Positions 17,601 to 27,890 are shown, counted from the first letter of the stretch. The stretch: DNA of 64,000 bases from Thermoplasmata archaeon (GCA_038729465.1 JAVYRZ010000005.1:2970-66969), one strand, 5' to 3'. The notes: generated from the letters alone by a model not told the origin. Numbers and translations are program-made.

Positions 17601-17854
17601 ATTACTATACAACCGAGCTGATAGGGTTCGATGTCAAGATATTAAAATCTTCCAACCCATTACATTGCGGGGTAGAAGGAAAGATAGTAGATGAAACAAA
17701 AAACATGGTTTATATTGAGAGCTCTAACAGGATATTAAAAATACCAAAAAAAGGTACGGTTTACAAAATTGATAATTATTTGGTTGATGGTACAAAACTG
17801 ATGTTAAGACCTTATGAAAGAATTTCAAAATTTGTTAAAATGGAGGATTGTTAA
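17597..17854 (+). CDS. rnp1: RNase P protein component 1 (Rpp29/Pop4)
   Basis: 85 aa with [31 protein letters not shown]...LRPYERI. It sits between rpl29 and rps17, the conserved archaeal position. Confidence 0.85.
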   Translation: MNYYTTELIGFDVKILKSSNPLHCGVEGKIVDETKNMVYIESSNRILKIPKKGTVYKIDNYLVDGTKLMLRPYERISKFVKMEDC

Positions 17855-18174
17855 ATATGAAAAATATCGGAATAGATGTAAAGGCACCTGAGTCCGAATG
17901 CCATGACAAGAACTGTCCATTTCATGGATCTTTGAGTGTAAGGGGGCAGATTATTGAGGGAATGGTAGAATCGGACAAGATGAATAAAACAGTAGTGGTA
18001 AAAAAAGAGTTTCACAGGTATGATAAAAAATACGAGCGATACAAGAAAGAGAGTAGCAAATATCATGCGCATTTGCCAGATTGTATAAAGGTGAATATTG
18101 GGGACAAGGTCAAGATAATGGAATGCAGACCGTTGTCAAAGACAGTGTCATTCGTAGTAATAGAAAAATTATAA
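17848..18174 (+). CDS. rps17: 30S ribosomal protein S17 (uS17)
   Basis: 108 aa with [23 protein letters not shown] ... [10 protein letters not shown] ... [15 protein letters not shown]. Confidence 0.95.
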   Translation: MLNMKNIGIDVKAPESECHDKNCPFHGSLSVRGQIIEGMVESDKMNKTVVVKKEFHRYDKKYERYKKESSKYHAHLPDCIKVNIGDKVKIMECRPLSKTVSFVVIEKL

Positions 18175-18185
18175 GGTGATTAAAT

Positions 18186-18584
18186 ATGAAAGGTTTAGCT
18201 GGGAAACAGACGCGTGGATTACCCACTGGAGCAGAATTAGATTGCGCTGATAACACAGGCGCGAAGATAATTGAGATAATCACCGTGCTAACGTATCATA
18301 ACACAAAAAACCGGCAGCCGGCAGCAGGTGTTGGAGATGCTATAGTGGTAAGCGTGAAAAGAGGAAATCCAGAAATGCGAAAGAAGGTGCTCAGGGCCGT
18401 TATAATAAGGCAAAAAAGGCCTTTTAGAAGGGCAGATGGCTTATGGGTTAGATTTGAAGATAATGCTGCAGTGATTGTAACAGAAACGGGTGAGACTAAG
18501 GGAACCGAGATCAAAGGGCCGGTTTCTAGAGAAGCTGCAGAAAGATGGCCCAGAATTGCAGCGATAGCCTCTACGATATTATAG
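18186..18584 (+). CDS. rpl14: 50S ribosomal protein L14 (uL14)
   Basis: 132 aa with [10 protein letters not shown] and [24 protein letters not shown]. Confidence 0.95.
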   Translation: MKGLAGKQTRGLPTGAELDCADNTGAKIIEIITVLTYHNTKNRQPAAGVGDAIVVSVKRGNPEMRKKVLRAVIIRQKRPFRRADGLWVRFEDNAAVIVTETGETKGTEIKGPVSREAAERWPRIAAIASTIL

Positions 18585-18594
18585 GTGATTAAAG

Positions 18595-19089
18595 ATGGTA
18601 CAGCCAAGAAAGGTAAGAAAAGATTATTATACGGAGCCAAAACATGTGATTAGGAAAAACATATCATCACATTTGAGCAATGAGTTATATTCAAAATACG
18701 GTACAAGATCATTATCTGTAGTCAAGGGAGATACCGTAAAAGTGCAAAGGGGCAAATTTAAGGGATTTGAAGGAAAAATATCTAAAGTAAATGTAAAAGA
18801 TCGCAAATTAGCGGTAGAAGGAATCACTATTTCAAAATCTGATAAAAAGCAGGTTTTGTATTATTTAGATGCTTCTAACTTGTTGATCACAAAGTTAAGC
18901 TTAGATGATAAAAAAAGAATTGAGAAACTCAGGAAAATAGCGGAAATTAAAAAGATAGCATTTGAAGAGCCTGAACCGGAAAAAGAGGAAACTACAGAAG
19001 TTAAGGAAGAAGTTAACGAGGAAAAAGCAGAACCTGAAAAAGCAGATGAAGAACCTTCAGAAGAAAGTAAAGAAGGAGGATCAGTATGA
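18595..19089 (+). CDS. rpl24: 50S ribosomal protein L24 (uL24) with acidic C-terminal tail
   Basis: It has the KOW motif VVKGDTVKVQRGKFKGFEGKISKV. The last 45 aa or so are an E/K/P-rich low-complexity tail. Confidence 0.9.
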   Translation: MVQPRKVRKDYYTEPKHVIRKNISSHLSNELYSKYGTRSLSVVKGDTVKVQRGKFKGFEGKISKVNVKDRKLAVEGITISKSDKKQVLYYLDASNLLITKLSLDDKKRIEKLRKIAEIKKIAFEEPEPEKEETTEVKEEVNEEKAEPEKADEEPSEESKEGGSV

Positions 19090-19799
19090 GTAAACATTTA
19101 AAGAGGTTAGCAGCGCCAAGGATATTGAAGATATCCAGAAAAGTGGATCCATGGTTAGCCAAGCCTAGAGCTGGGCCTCACAGATCTGAGGATAGCATAG
19201 CATTAGGTGTAATTATAAGAGATATATTAAAACTGGCTGACAAGGCAAGGGAAGCTAAAAGGATAATTGTAAGCAGAAACATTTTTGTTGATGGAAAAGT
19301 AGTAACAGACCCCAAATACTCGGTCGGATTGATGGATATAATTTACATTAAAACTACAGACAAATACTATAGGTTAATTTATGATAATAACGGTATTTTG
19401 AGAGTGATGAGCGTTCCAAATGAAGAAGGGATCTGGAAGCTTGTAAAGATTCATAAAAAAGTTACTTTAAAGGGTGGAAAAACTCAGATTATACTACATG
19501 ATGGCAAATCAATATTATCTGAAGAGAAGAGCTACAAGGCAGGAGATACCTTAAAAATAAGTCTCCCTGACTTAAAAGTGATAGATCACTATCCTTTCAA
19601 ACCGGGCAGTTATGTATTAACTATTGGTGGGCAGAATATCGGTAAGATTGCAAAAATAGAAAGTTATATAAAGACAAAATCCACAGCTCCTAACAGTGTC
19701 AAATTCAAAGAAGGCTTTGAATCTACCAAAGAGAATGTATTTGTCATTGGCACGACTAAAGCTGAGATCAGAATTCCAGAGGTGAAATTAGATGAGTAA
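19086..19799 (+). CDS. rps4e: 30S ribosomal protein S4e (eS4)
   Basis: 237 aa with MSKHLKRLAAPR ... PRAGPH ... DGKVVTDPKYSVGLMDII. Confidence 0.95.
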   Translation: MSKHLKRLAAPRILKISRKVDPWLAKPRAGPHRSEDSIALGVIIRDILKLADKAREAKRIIVSRNIFVDGKVVTDPKYSVGLMDIIYIKTTDKYYRLIYDNNGILRVMSVPNEEGIWKLVKIHKKVTLKGGKTQIILHDGKSILSEEKSYKAGDTLKISLPDLKVIDHYPFKPGSYVLTIGGQNIGKIAKIESYIKTKSTAPNSVKFKEGFESTKENVFVIGTTKAEIRIPEVKLDE

Positions 19800-20313
19800 T
19801 GTTATGAAAGAGGTTGTTTTAGACAAGGTAGTATTGAATATTGGTGTAGGAGAAGGTGGAGAAAAGCTAAAAAAGGCAGAGAATGTTTTAAGATTGCTCA
19901 CAAACAAAGATCCAGTGACCACAATATCCAAAAAAACAATCAGGGACTGGAACTTACGCAAAAATCAACCTGTGGGTGTGAAAGTAACATTAAGAAAAGC
20001 AGAAGCATTAACATTTTTAAAAAGAGCATTATGGGTAAAAGATTTCAAAGTACCATCTTATTCATTTGACAATAATGGAAACTTAAGTTTCGGTGTGAGG
20101 GATTACACCACCTTTGAGGGCATGAAATATGATCCAGACATTGGGATATTCGGATTAGATGTAAATGTTAGCTTTAAAAGAAAAGGTGGATACAGAGTAG
20201 AGTTAAGGCGCATAAGAAGCAAAAAGCTATCTTCTAAAGAGAGAGTAAAAAGGGAAGAAACTATGGAATATATGATCAAGAATTTTAATCTAAAAGTAAT
20301 AGAGGTGAAATAA
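19792..20313 (+). CDS. rpl5: 50S ribosomal protein L5 (uL5)
   Basis: 173 aa with [17 protein letters not shown] ... [25 protein letters not shown]. Confidence 0.95.
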   Translation: MSNVMKEVVLDKVVLNIGVGEGGEKLKKAENVLRLLTNKDPVTTISKKTIRDWNLRKNQPVGVKVTLRKAEALTFLKRALWVKDFKVPSYSFDNNGNLSFGVRDYTTFEGMKYDPDIGIFGLDVNVSFKRKGGYRVELRRIRSKKLSSKERVKREETMEYMIKNFNLKVIEVK

Positions 20314-20315
20314 CA

Positions 20316-20477
20316 ATGGTACAGTCAAAACAGAGGCCTAAAAAGAACTATGGAAGACATGATGGCTGTATAAGATGTGGCAGAAAAAGAGGCTTGATAC
20401 GCAGATATGGCCTAAGATTATGCAGGCAGTGTTTCAGAGAAACAGCTTACGATATTGGTTTTAGAAAATATTCCTAA
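20316..20477 (+). CDS. rps14: 30S ribosomal protein S14 type Z (uS14, zinc-binding)
   Basis: Own translation gives [53 protein letters not shown] (53 aa, CxxC...CxxC). It is missing from the ORF track (<60 aa) and fills the gap between rpl5 and rps8 exactly. Confidence 0.93.
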   Translation: MVQSKQRPKKNYGRHDGCIRCGRKRGLIRRYGLRLCRQCFRETAYDIGFRKYS

Positions 20478-20482
20478 TAAAG

Positions 20483-20881
20483 GTGATAAAGATGAATATG
20501 GATCCGTTAAATAATGCATTAAACACAATTAAACATGCGGCGATTAAAGGAATTCAAGAGGTAGAGGTGAAGCCTGCATCAAAGCTTATAGGGAGAATAT
20601 TGAAGATAATGCAGGAATATAGCTATATTTCAGAATTTGAGTTTATTGAAAACAATCAGGGTGGCAAATTTAAAGTGAAAGTAGTGCCGGTCATTAATGG
20701 CTGTGGCGTTATAAAGCCAAGATTTTCTGTAAAGAACAAAGATATTGAAAAGTATGAGAGAAGACTGTTACCGGCTCAAGATTTTGGGATATTGATAATT
20801 TCTACAAATCATGGTATAATGACACATAAAGAGGCCAAGAAGAATGGGCTTGGAGGAAAGCTTATTGCTTATGTATATTGA
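20483..20881 (+). CDS. rps8: 30S ribosomal protein S8 (uS8)
   Basis: It has [14 protein letters not shown] ... and [27 protein letters not shown]. The likely true start is a few codons in. Confidence 0.95.
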   Translation: MIKMNMDPLNNALNTIKHAAIKGIQEVEVKPASKLIGRILKIMQEYSYISEFEFIENNQGGKFKVKVVPVINGCGVIKPRFSVKNKDIEKYERRLLPAQDFGILIISTNHGIMTHKEAKKNGLGGKLIAYVY

Positions 20882-20894
20882 GTGGTGAAATGAT

Positions 20895-21440
20895 ATGGTA
20901 ATGTTTCCAGAATTAAAATACAGCATTGACTTGCCAGACAAGGTTACTGTAAGTTATACCGACTCAATATTATCCATAAAAGGTCCAAAAGGATCAGTTG
21001 CCAGAGAGTTCAAGGATAATGATATAAAGCTTAGCATTGCAGGTAAAAAGATAGAATTATATGTAAAATTGCCAAAAAGAAAGCAGTACAGCCTTATTGG
21101 AACATGGATGGCGCACATAAACAATATGATAAAAGGGGTAACAGAAGGGTTTGAATACAGCTTAAAAGTTTTATACGCACACTTTCCGATCAAGGTCACA
21201 GTTAAAGACAATCATGTACTGATAGAGAACTTTCTCGGAGAAAAAACAGCTCGTTCGGCAGAGATATTAGAAGGCGTGAAAGTGACTCTTAAGGGTGATA
21301 TACTTACAGTTTCAGGCATAGACATAGAAAAAGTAGGGCAAACTGCAGCAAACATAGAATTTGCAACGAAGATCAAGCATTTTGATCCGCGAGTGTTTCA
21401 GGATGGCATATATATCACAAATAAAGGTGAAGTTCAATGA
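20895..21440 (+). CDS. rpl6: 50S ribosomal protein L6 (uL6)
   Basis: 181 aa with ILSIKGPKGS ... YAHFPI ... ENFLGEK, in the conserved position. Confidence 0.95.
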   Translation: MVMFPELKYSIDLPDKVTVSYTDSILSIKGPKGSVAREFKDNDIKLSIAGKKIELYVKLPKRKQYSLIGTWMAHINNMIKGVTEGFEYSLKVLYAHFPIKVTVKDNHVLIENFLGEKTARSAEILEGVKVTLKGDILTVSGIDIEKVGQTAANIEFATKIKHFDPRVFQDGIYITNKGEVQ

Positions 21441-21835
21441 AACCGGATTTAAATGATAAAGAAAGGATTTTACTTAAAATCAGAAACAAAATGAATAAGA
21501 AGAGACCTGAATTTAAAAGGCAGGAATGGTTCAGATATACTAAACTTGGAGAGTCATGGAGAAAGCCAAAAGGAAAGCATTCTAAGTTAAGAGAACAAAA
21601 AGGATACCGGCCCCCCAATGTAGACAGTGGATTCAGAGGCCCCAGAAAGGTAAGGTATCTGCATTCAAGTGGATTCAGGGACATTTTAGTTTACAATATT
21701 GAATCTTTAAAAAATCTAGACCCTAAAAAAGATGCAGTCAGGATCGCACGTACTGTGGGAATGAGAAAAAAGATAGAGATAGTGAAGGAAGCGAATAAGC
21801 TGGGATTAAAAGTTCTCAACGGTTTAGAAAGGTGA
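21437..21835 (+). CDS. rpl32e: 50S ribosomal protein L32e (eL32)
   Basis: 132 aa with RPEFKRQEWFRY.KLGESWRKPKGKHSK.R....G and HSSGF. Confidence 0.95.
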   Translation: MKPDLNDKERILLKIRNKMNKKRPEFKRQEWFRYTKLGESWRKPKGKHSKLREQKGYRPPNVDSGFRGPRKVRYLHSSGFRDILVYNIESLKNLDPKKDAVRIARTVGMRKKIEIVKEANKLGLKVLNGLER

Positions 21836-21841
21836 GAAAAT

Positions 21842-22291
21842 ATGGATTTAACATTTCAAAAAAGATTAGCGTCAAAAATATTTAAGTGCGGGGTAAACAG
21901 GGTTTATCTAGATCCAAAGGCTGAAGAAGACATAGAATCTGCCATATCCAGAGACGATGTAAGGATGTTAATTAAAAAAGGAGTAATCAAGAAACAAGAT
22001 GTAGTTGGAAATTCCAGAAGCAGAATAAGGCACAATAAAATGCAGAAAAGCAAAGGGCTGAGAAGAGGTCAGGGATCTAGAAGAGGTACAAAATACGCAA
22101 GGTATCCAAAGAAACAGAGATGGATGAAAAATATAAGGGTATTAAGAAAAACTTTAAAATCTTTGAGAACAGATAACAAGATAGATGCTCATGTTTATCG
22201 CAGATATTATTTGCTTGCCAAAGGTGGATCTTTTAAGAACAGGGCCCACTTACTGTCACATCTCGAGTTAAAAGAAGGAGTGAAAAAATGA
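21842..22291 (+). CDS. rpl19e: 50S ribosomal protein L19e (eL19)
   Basis: 149 aa with QKRLASKIFKCGVNRVYLDP ... GSRRGTKYAR.PKK..WM..IR.LR. Confidence 0.95.
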   Translation: MDLTFQKRLASKIFKCGVNRVYLDPKAEEDIESAISRDDVRMLIKKGVIKKQDVVGNSRSRIRHNKMQKSKGLRRGQGSRRGTKYARYPKKQRWMKNIRVLRKTLKSLRTDNKIDAHVYRRYYLLAKGGSFKNRAHLLSHLELKEGVKK

Positions 22292-22776
22292 CTGTCAATA
22301 GATTACCATTTAAAAGAAGAAGAAAGAACATTACAGATTACAGAACTCGTTTAAACCTGTTAAGAGCTAATATTCCAAGGGCTGTAGTCAGAAAGACGTT
22401 GCAGAACACAATTGTTCAGATTGTGAATTTTGAAGCTATTGGAGATAAGGTTATCTCGTCAGCCACGGCTATAGAATTAAAAAAATATGGCTGGTCATAC
22501 TCTACAAAGACCGTTCCAGCAGCATATCTGGCTGGATATCTTGCAGGGAAGAGAGCCATAAAAAAAGGAATAGAGAAAGCAGTGCTTGACATTGGAAGGC
22601 AAGTGCCGTCAAAAGGTGGCAGAGTATTTGCGGCGCTACAGGGTATGTTAGATGCAGGATTATTGATTCCGCATAGTGAAGACAAGATTCCCAGTGCAGA
22701 CAGACTTTCTGGAAAGCATCTGAACAAAGATATGGAATCTGAAATAACTCAAATTAAATCTAAATTGGAGGAATAA
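22288..22776 (+). CDS. rpl18: 50S ribosomal protein L18 (uL18)
   Basis: 162 aa with [17 protein letters not shown] ... [13 protein letters not shown] ... [15 protein letters not shown]. Confidence 0.95.
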   Translation: MTVNRLPFKRRRKNITDYRTRLNLLRANIPRAVVRKTLQNTIVQIVNFEAIGDKVISSATAIELKKYGWSYSTKTVPAAYLAGYLAGKRAIKKGIEKAVLDIGRQVPSKGGRVFAALQGMLDAGLLIPHSEDKIPSADRLSGKHLNKDMESEITQIKSKLEE

Positions 22777-22780
22777 CTGT

Positions 22781-23467
22781 ATGGCTAAAGAGAACATAGA
22801 ATGGATACCGAAGACAAAGTTAGGAAAATTAGTCATAAGCGGAAAGATCACGACACTTTCCCAAGCATTATCATCATATTTACCTTTAAAAGAACCGCAG
22901 ATAGTAGATTTGCTCATGCCTGGCTTAGAGGAAGAAGTGCTTGATGTCAAGATGGTACAGAGGATGACCGATTCAGGGAGAAGAACCAACTTTGCAGTTA
23001 CGGTGGTAGTAGGAAATAAAAATGGTTTTGTAGGTATAGGCAGGGCTAGAGGCAAAGAAGTAGGTCCTACAATAAAGAAAGCAATACAAAATGCAAAATT
23101 AAAAATCATCGAAATTAAAAGAGGTTGCGGATCCTGGGAATGTGGTTGTAATACATCTCATTCTTTACCATTTAAGGTGGTGGGCAGTGCAGGATCTGTA
23201 AGAGTGGTTTTAAAACCTGCTCCGAGAGGAGTAGGCCTTGCAGTTGGCAACATATCAAAAGCAGTGTTAAGATTAGCTGGAATAAGCGATGTATGGGGAT
23301 TTACACAGGGTCATACAAAGACTACGGTTAATTATGCATTTGCAACATATGATGCATTAAAAGCAACGATCATCATGAGAATTAGCAGCAGGTTAAGTGT
23401 AAGTTTACCTATCTATAAAGGAGGTGTAAATAATGTACATAGTGATACGAGTGAGGGGACGGACTAA
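22781..23467 (+). CDS. rps5: 30S ribosomal protein S5 (uS5)
   Basis: 228 aa with [36 protein letters not shown] and KPAPRGVGL. Confidence 0.95.
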   Translation: MAKENIEWIPKTKLGKLVISGKITTLSQALSSYLPLKEPQIVDLLMPGLEEEVLDVKMVQRMTDSGRRTNFAVTVVVGNKNGFVGIGRARGKEVGPTIKKAIQNAKLKIIEIKRGCGSWECGCNTSHSLPFKVVGSAGSVRVVLKPAPRGVGLAVGNISKAVLRLAGISDVWGFTQGHTKTTVNYAFATYDALKATIIMRISSRLSVSLPIYKGGVNNVHSDTSEGTD

Positions 23468-23903
23468 GATTAATACAGATACTGCAGACGCACTGAAAAT
23501 ATTAAGATTGACCCGTATAAACCATGCGGTATTATTAAAGAAAAACAAAGAAAATGAAGGAATGTTAAGAAAGGTAAATGATTATGTTACATGGGGTGAA
23601 ATAGATAAAGAAACTTTAAAAGAGCTGATTACTAAAAAGGGTCGATTAATAGGTGATAAAGCAGTAACAGATGAATATATAAAGGAGAATACATCATACC
23701 AGAGCATTGATGAATTAACAACAGCCTTAATAGAGAGAAAGATTGTTTATGGAGAGATACCAGAGATAAAGCCCCTTTTTCGGCTTTCGCCACCAAAAGG
23801 AGGATATGGAAAGACAAAAAGGTCTCACAAAGAAGGTGGAGCCTTAGGATATCAGGGTAAAGAGATAAACAATCTTGTAAAGAATATGATCATATATAGG
23901 TGA
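23433..23903 (+). CDS. rpl30: 50S ribosomal protein L30 (uL30)
   Basis: 156 aa with [42 protein letters not shown] lies upstream, and it overlaps the rps5 tail by 35 nt. Confidence 0.93.
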   Translation: MYIVIRVRGRTKINTDTADALKILRLTRINHAVLLKKNKENEGMLRKVNDYVTWGEIDKETLKELITKKGRLIGDKAVTDEYIKENTSYQSIDELTTALIERKIVYGEIPEIKPLFRLSPPKGGYGKTKRSHKEGGALGYQGKEINNLVKNMIIYR

Positions 23904-24334
23904 ATAATATGACAGACAGAGCTAGAAAATTTAGAGGATATAGGAGACATGGACATGGCATGAAAGGAAGACGAGGCAGAGGCCTTCGCGGTGGAGAAGG
24001 AATGTCCGGGCTTGGAAAGCATAGATGGATCTGGCTGAACAAGTTTTACAGGTATCACTGGGGAAGACATGGCTTTGTAAGCCACAATAACAATGTTCCA
24101 GACAGTACTATAAACATTATGGAACTTGAGCAAAATCTTCAGTTTTTTGAGGATATTGGGCATGCTAAACATGATAATGATCTATGGACTGTAGATCTGA
24201 CCAGTGCAGGCATAACCAAGCTTTTAGGGAAGGGCACACCCACCAAAAAAATGAACTTGAAAGTTGAAAAAGCATCCGCACAGGCAATAGAAAAGATAAA
24301 AAAAGCTGGTGGCGGGGTAGAACTAGATGGTTGA
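23900..24334 (+). CDS. rpl15: 50S ribosomal protein L15 (uL15)
   Basis: 144 aa with RKFRGYRRHGHGMKGRRGRGLRGGEGMSG, in the conserved position before secY. Confidence 0.93.
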   Translation: MNNMTDRARKFRGYRRHGHGMKGRRGRGLRGGEGMSGLGKHRWIWLNKFYRYHWGRHGFVSHNNNVPDSTINIMELEQNLQFFEDIGHAKHDNDLWTVDLTSAGITKLLGKGTPTKKMNLKVEKASAQAIEKIKKAGGGVELDG

Positions 24335-26138
24335 AGTCACTGATAAAATCCCTAGAAAAAGAGGAGTAAGCGTAATTGTAGCTATATTGTTTATTGCCAC
24401 TATTTATGTTTATATTTCATATATTGCCGGCAAACTATTGTCTTTGCAGAGCTTTTATAGTATATATATGGCACAGTGGCTTCCAAATACTGTAATACTG
24501 TTATTACTTGCGCCACTGTATTATATTTTATATTTGATTTTATCATATAATGGAGATAAGAAAAGTAAACTATACGGTTTAAAGCCATTGGTGGAGAGAT
24601 TACCGAGCGTAATTAAGCCAGACAGGCATGTATTATTTAGAGAAAAGTTGTTTTGGACAGGCACAGTGTTGATACTTTATTTTGCACTTACTAACATATT
24701 TATCTACGGACTGAATACATCGGAGATCATAGATGTATTTGCCTCTTTCAGGGCCATATTGGCCGGTGCGTCTGGTACTTTAATGCAGCTTGGAATAGGG
24801 CCAATCGTTACAGCATCGATTATAATGCAGTTATTTGTCGGTGCTAAAATAATTAATTTTGATTTAACAAATGAAGAAGACAAAAGTATGTACCAGCAAA
24901 CGCAAAAATTGCTGGTAATAATAATGATCTTGGTAGAGGCAATACCTCAGGTGTTCGGGTATCTGGATCCTTCCACATCATTTATTGCAATCTTAAATGG
25001 TATATGGGCCGGGCAAGGATTGTTTTTAGCCAGGACTTTAATAGTAGTACAGATATTTTTTGGCTCATACCTAGTGTTTTTAATGGACGAGTTGGTCTCA
25101 AAGTGGGGCATAGGATCAGGTATATCATTATTTATCGCTGCTGGAGTTGCTCAGGCTACTTTTACGGGTATCATAAACTGGATACCTTCCAATGTTGCAC
25201 TTCCTGTATCTCTTGCAAACCCGCCCAGCGGAGTAATACCAAAAACAGCTTACTTGCTGATCCATTTTTCGTCAAGTCAGCTTTATGCAGGGAGGATTGA
25301 AACGATTTTGTTTGCTCAGCCAAATCCTATCGTTGCATTGATAGGCACGGTATTGATATTTTTGGTAGTGGCGTGGACAGAGAGCACTAAGATTGAGCTG
25401 CCGCTTGCGCATGAACGTGCTAGAGGAGCAAGAGGCAGATATCCTATCAAGCTGATGTACGCTTCAAATATACCTGTAATTTTAACGACAGCGTTACTTG
25501 CTAATGTAGCAATGTGGACAATGATATTCTGGACCAATCCTGCGCTTGCACACATACCATTGATAGGGCACAATCCTCTGCTTGGGGTATATCCAAATGC
25601 TGCCCAGATACAGATGTATGGCATAAACCAGACTACACCTATAGGAGGTCTCGCCTATTATCTAAACCAGATCAATGGGATAGGGCAATGGCTATTGCCA
25701 TTAATGGAACCAACAACTTACCAGGCAGAGTTTCTAGGACACACATACTGGCAGGAATTGATAAGAGTATTCGCTTTTACAGCGTTTATGGTAGGGATGA
25801 GTGTACTATTCGCAATATTCTGGATCGATACAACAAATATGAATTCCAAGGCGGTAGCAAAACAGATTCAGAGCAGCGGCATGCAGATACCAGGTTTCCG
25901 GCGTGAGCCCAAGATAATTGAGAGCGTATTAGATAAGTATATTCCAGCGATCACTATATTTAGCGGTGCTGCGGTAGGTGCACTTGCAGCAGTGGCAGAT
26001 CTGATAGGTACTATAGGAAATACTACCGGTACCGGATTGTTGCTGGCAGTAGGTATAATGATACAGTTTTATGAAGCAATGGGAAGAGAACAGCTTATGG
26101 AAATGCATCCTGTTGTAAGACAATTTTTTGAAGGGTGA
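24327..26138 (+). CDS. secY: Preprotein translocase subunit SecY (long form, N-terminal extension)
   Basis: From about residue 85 (LKPLVERLPSVIKPDRHVLFREKLFWTGTVLILYF ... GTLMQLGIGPIVTASIIMQL ... SKWGIGSGISLFIAAGV ... YPIKLMYASNIPVIL ... GMQIPGFR) it is colinear with archaeal SecY. At 603 aa it is longer than the roughly 440-490 aa I expect. Confidence 0.9.
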   Translation: MVEVTDKIPRKRGVSVIVAILFIATIYVYISYIAGKLLSLQSFYSIYMAQWLPNTVILLLLAPLYYILYLILSYNGDKKSKLYGLKPLVERLPSVIKPDRHVLFREKLFWTGTVLILYFALTNIFIYGLNTSEIIDVFASFRAILAGASGTLMQLGIGPIVTASIIMQLFVGAKIINFDLTNEEDKSMYQQTQKLLVIIMILVEAIPQVFGYLDPSTSFIAILNGIWAGQGLFLARTLIVVQIFFGSYLVFLMDELVSKWGIGSGISLFIAAGVAQATFTGIINWIPSNVALPVSLANPPSGVIPKTAYLLIHFSSSQLYAGRIETILFAQPNPIVALIGTVLIFLVVAWTESTKIELPLAHERARGARGRYPIKLMYASNIPVILTTALLANVAMWTMIFWTNPALAHIPLIGHNPLLGVYPNAAQIQMYGINQTTPIGGLAYYLNQINGIGQWLLPLMEPTTYQAEFLGHTYWQELIRVFAFTAFMVGMSVLFAIFWIDTTNMNSKAVAKQIQSSGMQIPGFRREPKIIESVLDKYIPAITIFSGAAVGALAAVADLIGTIGNTTGTGLLLAVGIMIQFYEAMGREQLMEMHPVVRQFFEG

Positions 26139-26144
26139 GTAAAA

Positions 26145-26693
26145 ATGAGAATAATAATAACTGGAGTTCCAGGTGTTGGAAAAAGCACGATATTAGAAGG
26201 AGTAAGCAAAAACATGGGTTACCCGATACAGAACTACGGAACAGTAATGCTCAACATTGCAAAGGGATATGGTGTGACATCAAGGGATGATATAAGAAAA
26301 CAGAAAGTTGAATGGCAGAGAGATATACAGAAAGAAGCAGCAATGGCGATCGGCAAATCTGAGAATGTTATTGTAGACACACACATGTCTATAAAAACCA
26401 ATTCCGGATATTTGCCAGGATTGCCTTCCTGGGTGCTCAAAGAATTGAAGCCTGACCTGTTAGTATTGATCGAGGCAGACTCGAAAGACATATCATCAAG
26501 AAGGAAAAAAGATGAGACTCGAGTAAGAGATGAAGATGAGGTTTTGAGCATAGAAGAGCATCAGAGCATAAACAGAGCTTTTGCAGCTGCATGTTCTGTT
26601 CAGACTGGTGCAAATGTCATAATCATTCAAAACAAAGAGGGTAAAGTTGAGGAAACAGTACTTAAGCTATCAGAGATGATAAGAAATGGCTGA
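26145..26693 (+). CDS. adkA: Adenylate kinase, archaeal type
   Basis: It has MRIIITGVPGVGKST ... GYLPGLPSWVLKELKPDL ... DETRVRDEDEV...EEHQ, matching archaeal AdkA rather than the bacterial Adk. Confidence 0.9.
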   Translation: MRIIITGVPGVGKSTILEGVSKNMGYPIQNYGTVMLNIAKGYGVTSRDDIRKQKVEWQRDIQKEAAMAIGKSENVIVDTHMSIKTNSGYLPGLPSWVLKELKPDLLVLIEADSKDISSRRKKDETRVRDEDEVLSIEEHQSINRAFAAACSVQTGANVIIIQNKEGKVEETVLKLSEMIRNG

Positions 26694-27357
26694 GCAGAAT
26701 GCACCGGTCCCGAGGCAAAGCGGCAGCACGATGGGGTTTTACTTCTTATTCATGATGCTCTCTTTTATCATTATTTTATCCCCTCAAATAAGAGATGCTA
26801 TAGCATATGCTGTAGGCTATGTATTCTTTCCTGTATTAGGGTTCAATGGAGCACTGCCAATGTTAACAATTATCTTTGCAGGTGTGGTAATAACACTGAT
26901 AAACACATATGCAAGGCACTATTTTGCAGACTGGATAAAGTTTGGAAAAATACAGAATAAGATGAAAGAGATGCAAAAAAAGAGCAGGGAAGCTTACAGA
27001 AGCAGGGATATAGCCAAGATAAACCAGTACAGGAAATTGCAGCAGAAAATGATGCCAGAGCAGATGGAAATGATGAATGCACAGATGAAACCCACAATGC
27101 TCACAATGTTTATTGTTATTGCAATATTCACATGGCTTTATGTATTTTTAGGAGGCCAGAAAACAATATATCCTGTCCATCTGGCAACGCTAAAATATTT
27201 TAATGTGCCATGGGCTTCTAATCTACCGTATAATGCATATTATTTTGTGATACCTTACTGGATGATTGTTTCTTCGCTTTTTACTGCGGTATTTGCACAA
27301 GTAATGACTTACATATTCAAAATGTATGAGTTTACGAAGAGGTTAAAAACTCTATGA
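26686..27357 (+). CDS. DUF106 / EMC3-TMCO1-like membrane protein (archaeal YidC/Oxa1-like insertase candidate)
   Basis: 223 aa. The layout is TM, then a charged coiled coil (KIQNKMKEMQKKSREAYRSRDIAKINQYRKLQQKMMPEQMEMMNAQMKP), then TMs, in the conserved position after adk in archaeal secY clusters. Confidence 0.75.
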   Translation: MAEQNAPVPRQSGSTMGFYFLFMMLSFIIILSPQIRDAIAYAVGYVFFPVLGFNGALPMLTIIFAGVVITLINTYARHYFADWIKFGKIQNKMKEMQKKSREAYRSRDIAKINQYRKLQQKMMPEQMEMMNAQMKPTMLTMFIVIAIFTWLYVFLGGQKTIYPVHLATLKYFNVPWASNLPYNAYYFVIPYWMIVSSLFTAVFAQVMTYIFKMYEFTKRLKTL

Positions 27358-27890
27358 AGTTAACAGTTAGTGGCCCACCTGGCAGTGGTAAAACTACTGT
27401 TTCTAAATTAATTGCAAAGAAACTATCTTATTTTTATATTTCTGGCGGGGATGTATTTAGAAAACTTGCTAATGCCCACAACATGAGCATAGAACAGTTT
27501 AGCAAATATTCTGAAAATAACCAGGAAATCGATAGAAAAATAGATGATTATCTGAAAAAAGAGCTTGAAAACAACGATAATATAATATTAGATTCTAGAT
27601 TAGCTGGATGGATTGCATATTTAAATAATATCAAAGCGATAAAGATTTATATCACAGCCTCATTTGAGGTTAGGGTTAAAAGAATATCTGGGAGAGAAAC
27701 AAGTGCAGAAGAAGAGATACGCAAGAACCTAGCATTAAGAGAACAGTCTGAAAAGTATAGGTATCTATTAATATATAATATACATTATGAAGATTTAAAA
27801 ATATATGATCTGATAATAGATAGCGATGATAAAGACCCAGAAACGGTCACTAAAATAATAATGGAGTATGTAAAGGCTAATGGTTACTGA
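27354..27890 (+). CDS. cmk: Cytidylate kinase, archaeal type
   Basis: MKLTVSGPPGSGKTTVSKLIAKKL...GGDVFR is the archaeal Cmk pattern, in the conserved position. Confidence 0.85.
   Translation: MKLTVSGPPGSGKTTVSKLIAKKLSYFYISGGDVFRKLANAHNMSIEQFSKYSENNQEIDRKIDDYLKKELENNDNIILDSRLAGWIAYLNNIKAIKIYITASFEVRVKRISGRETSAEEEIRKNLALREQSEKYRYLLIYNIHYEDLKIYDLIIDSDDKDPETVTKIIMEYVKANGY

Noticed and set aside
17334-17854. SUI1 and RNase P protein genes as foreign insertions in the ribosomal-protein operon
   Set aside because: Both genes are known residents of this position in archaeal r-protein clusters, so this is conserved gene order rather than an anomaly.
22416-23109. 103-aa and 149-aa minus-strand ORFs within the ribosomal cluster
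   Set aside because: They are antisense to rpl18 and rps5, whose identity is unambiguous. This pattern is typical of long antisense ORFs in compositionally biased operons.
25004-25906. 98-aa and 130-aa alternative-frame plus-strand ORFs inside secY
   Set aside because: They are out of frame with a continuous, well-conserved SecY reading frame, and they have no independent start signals.
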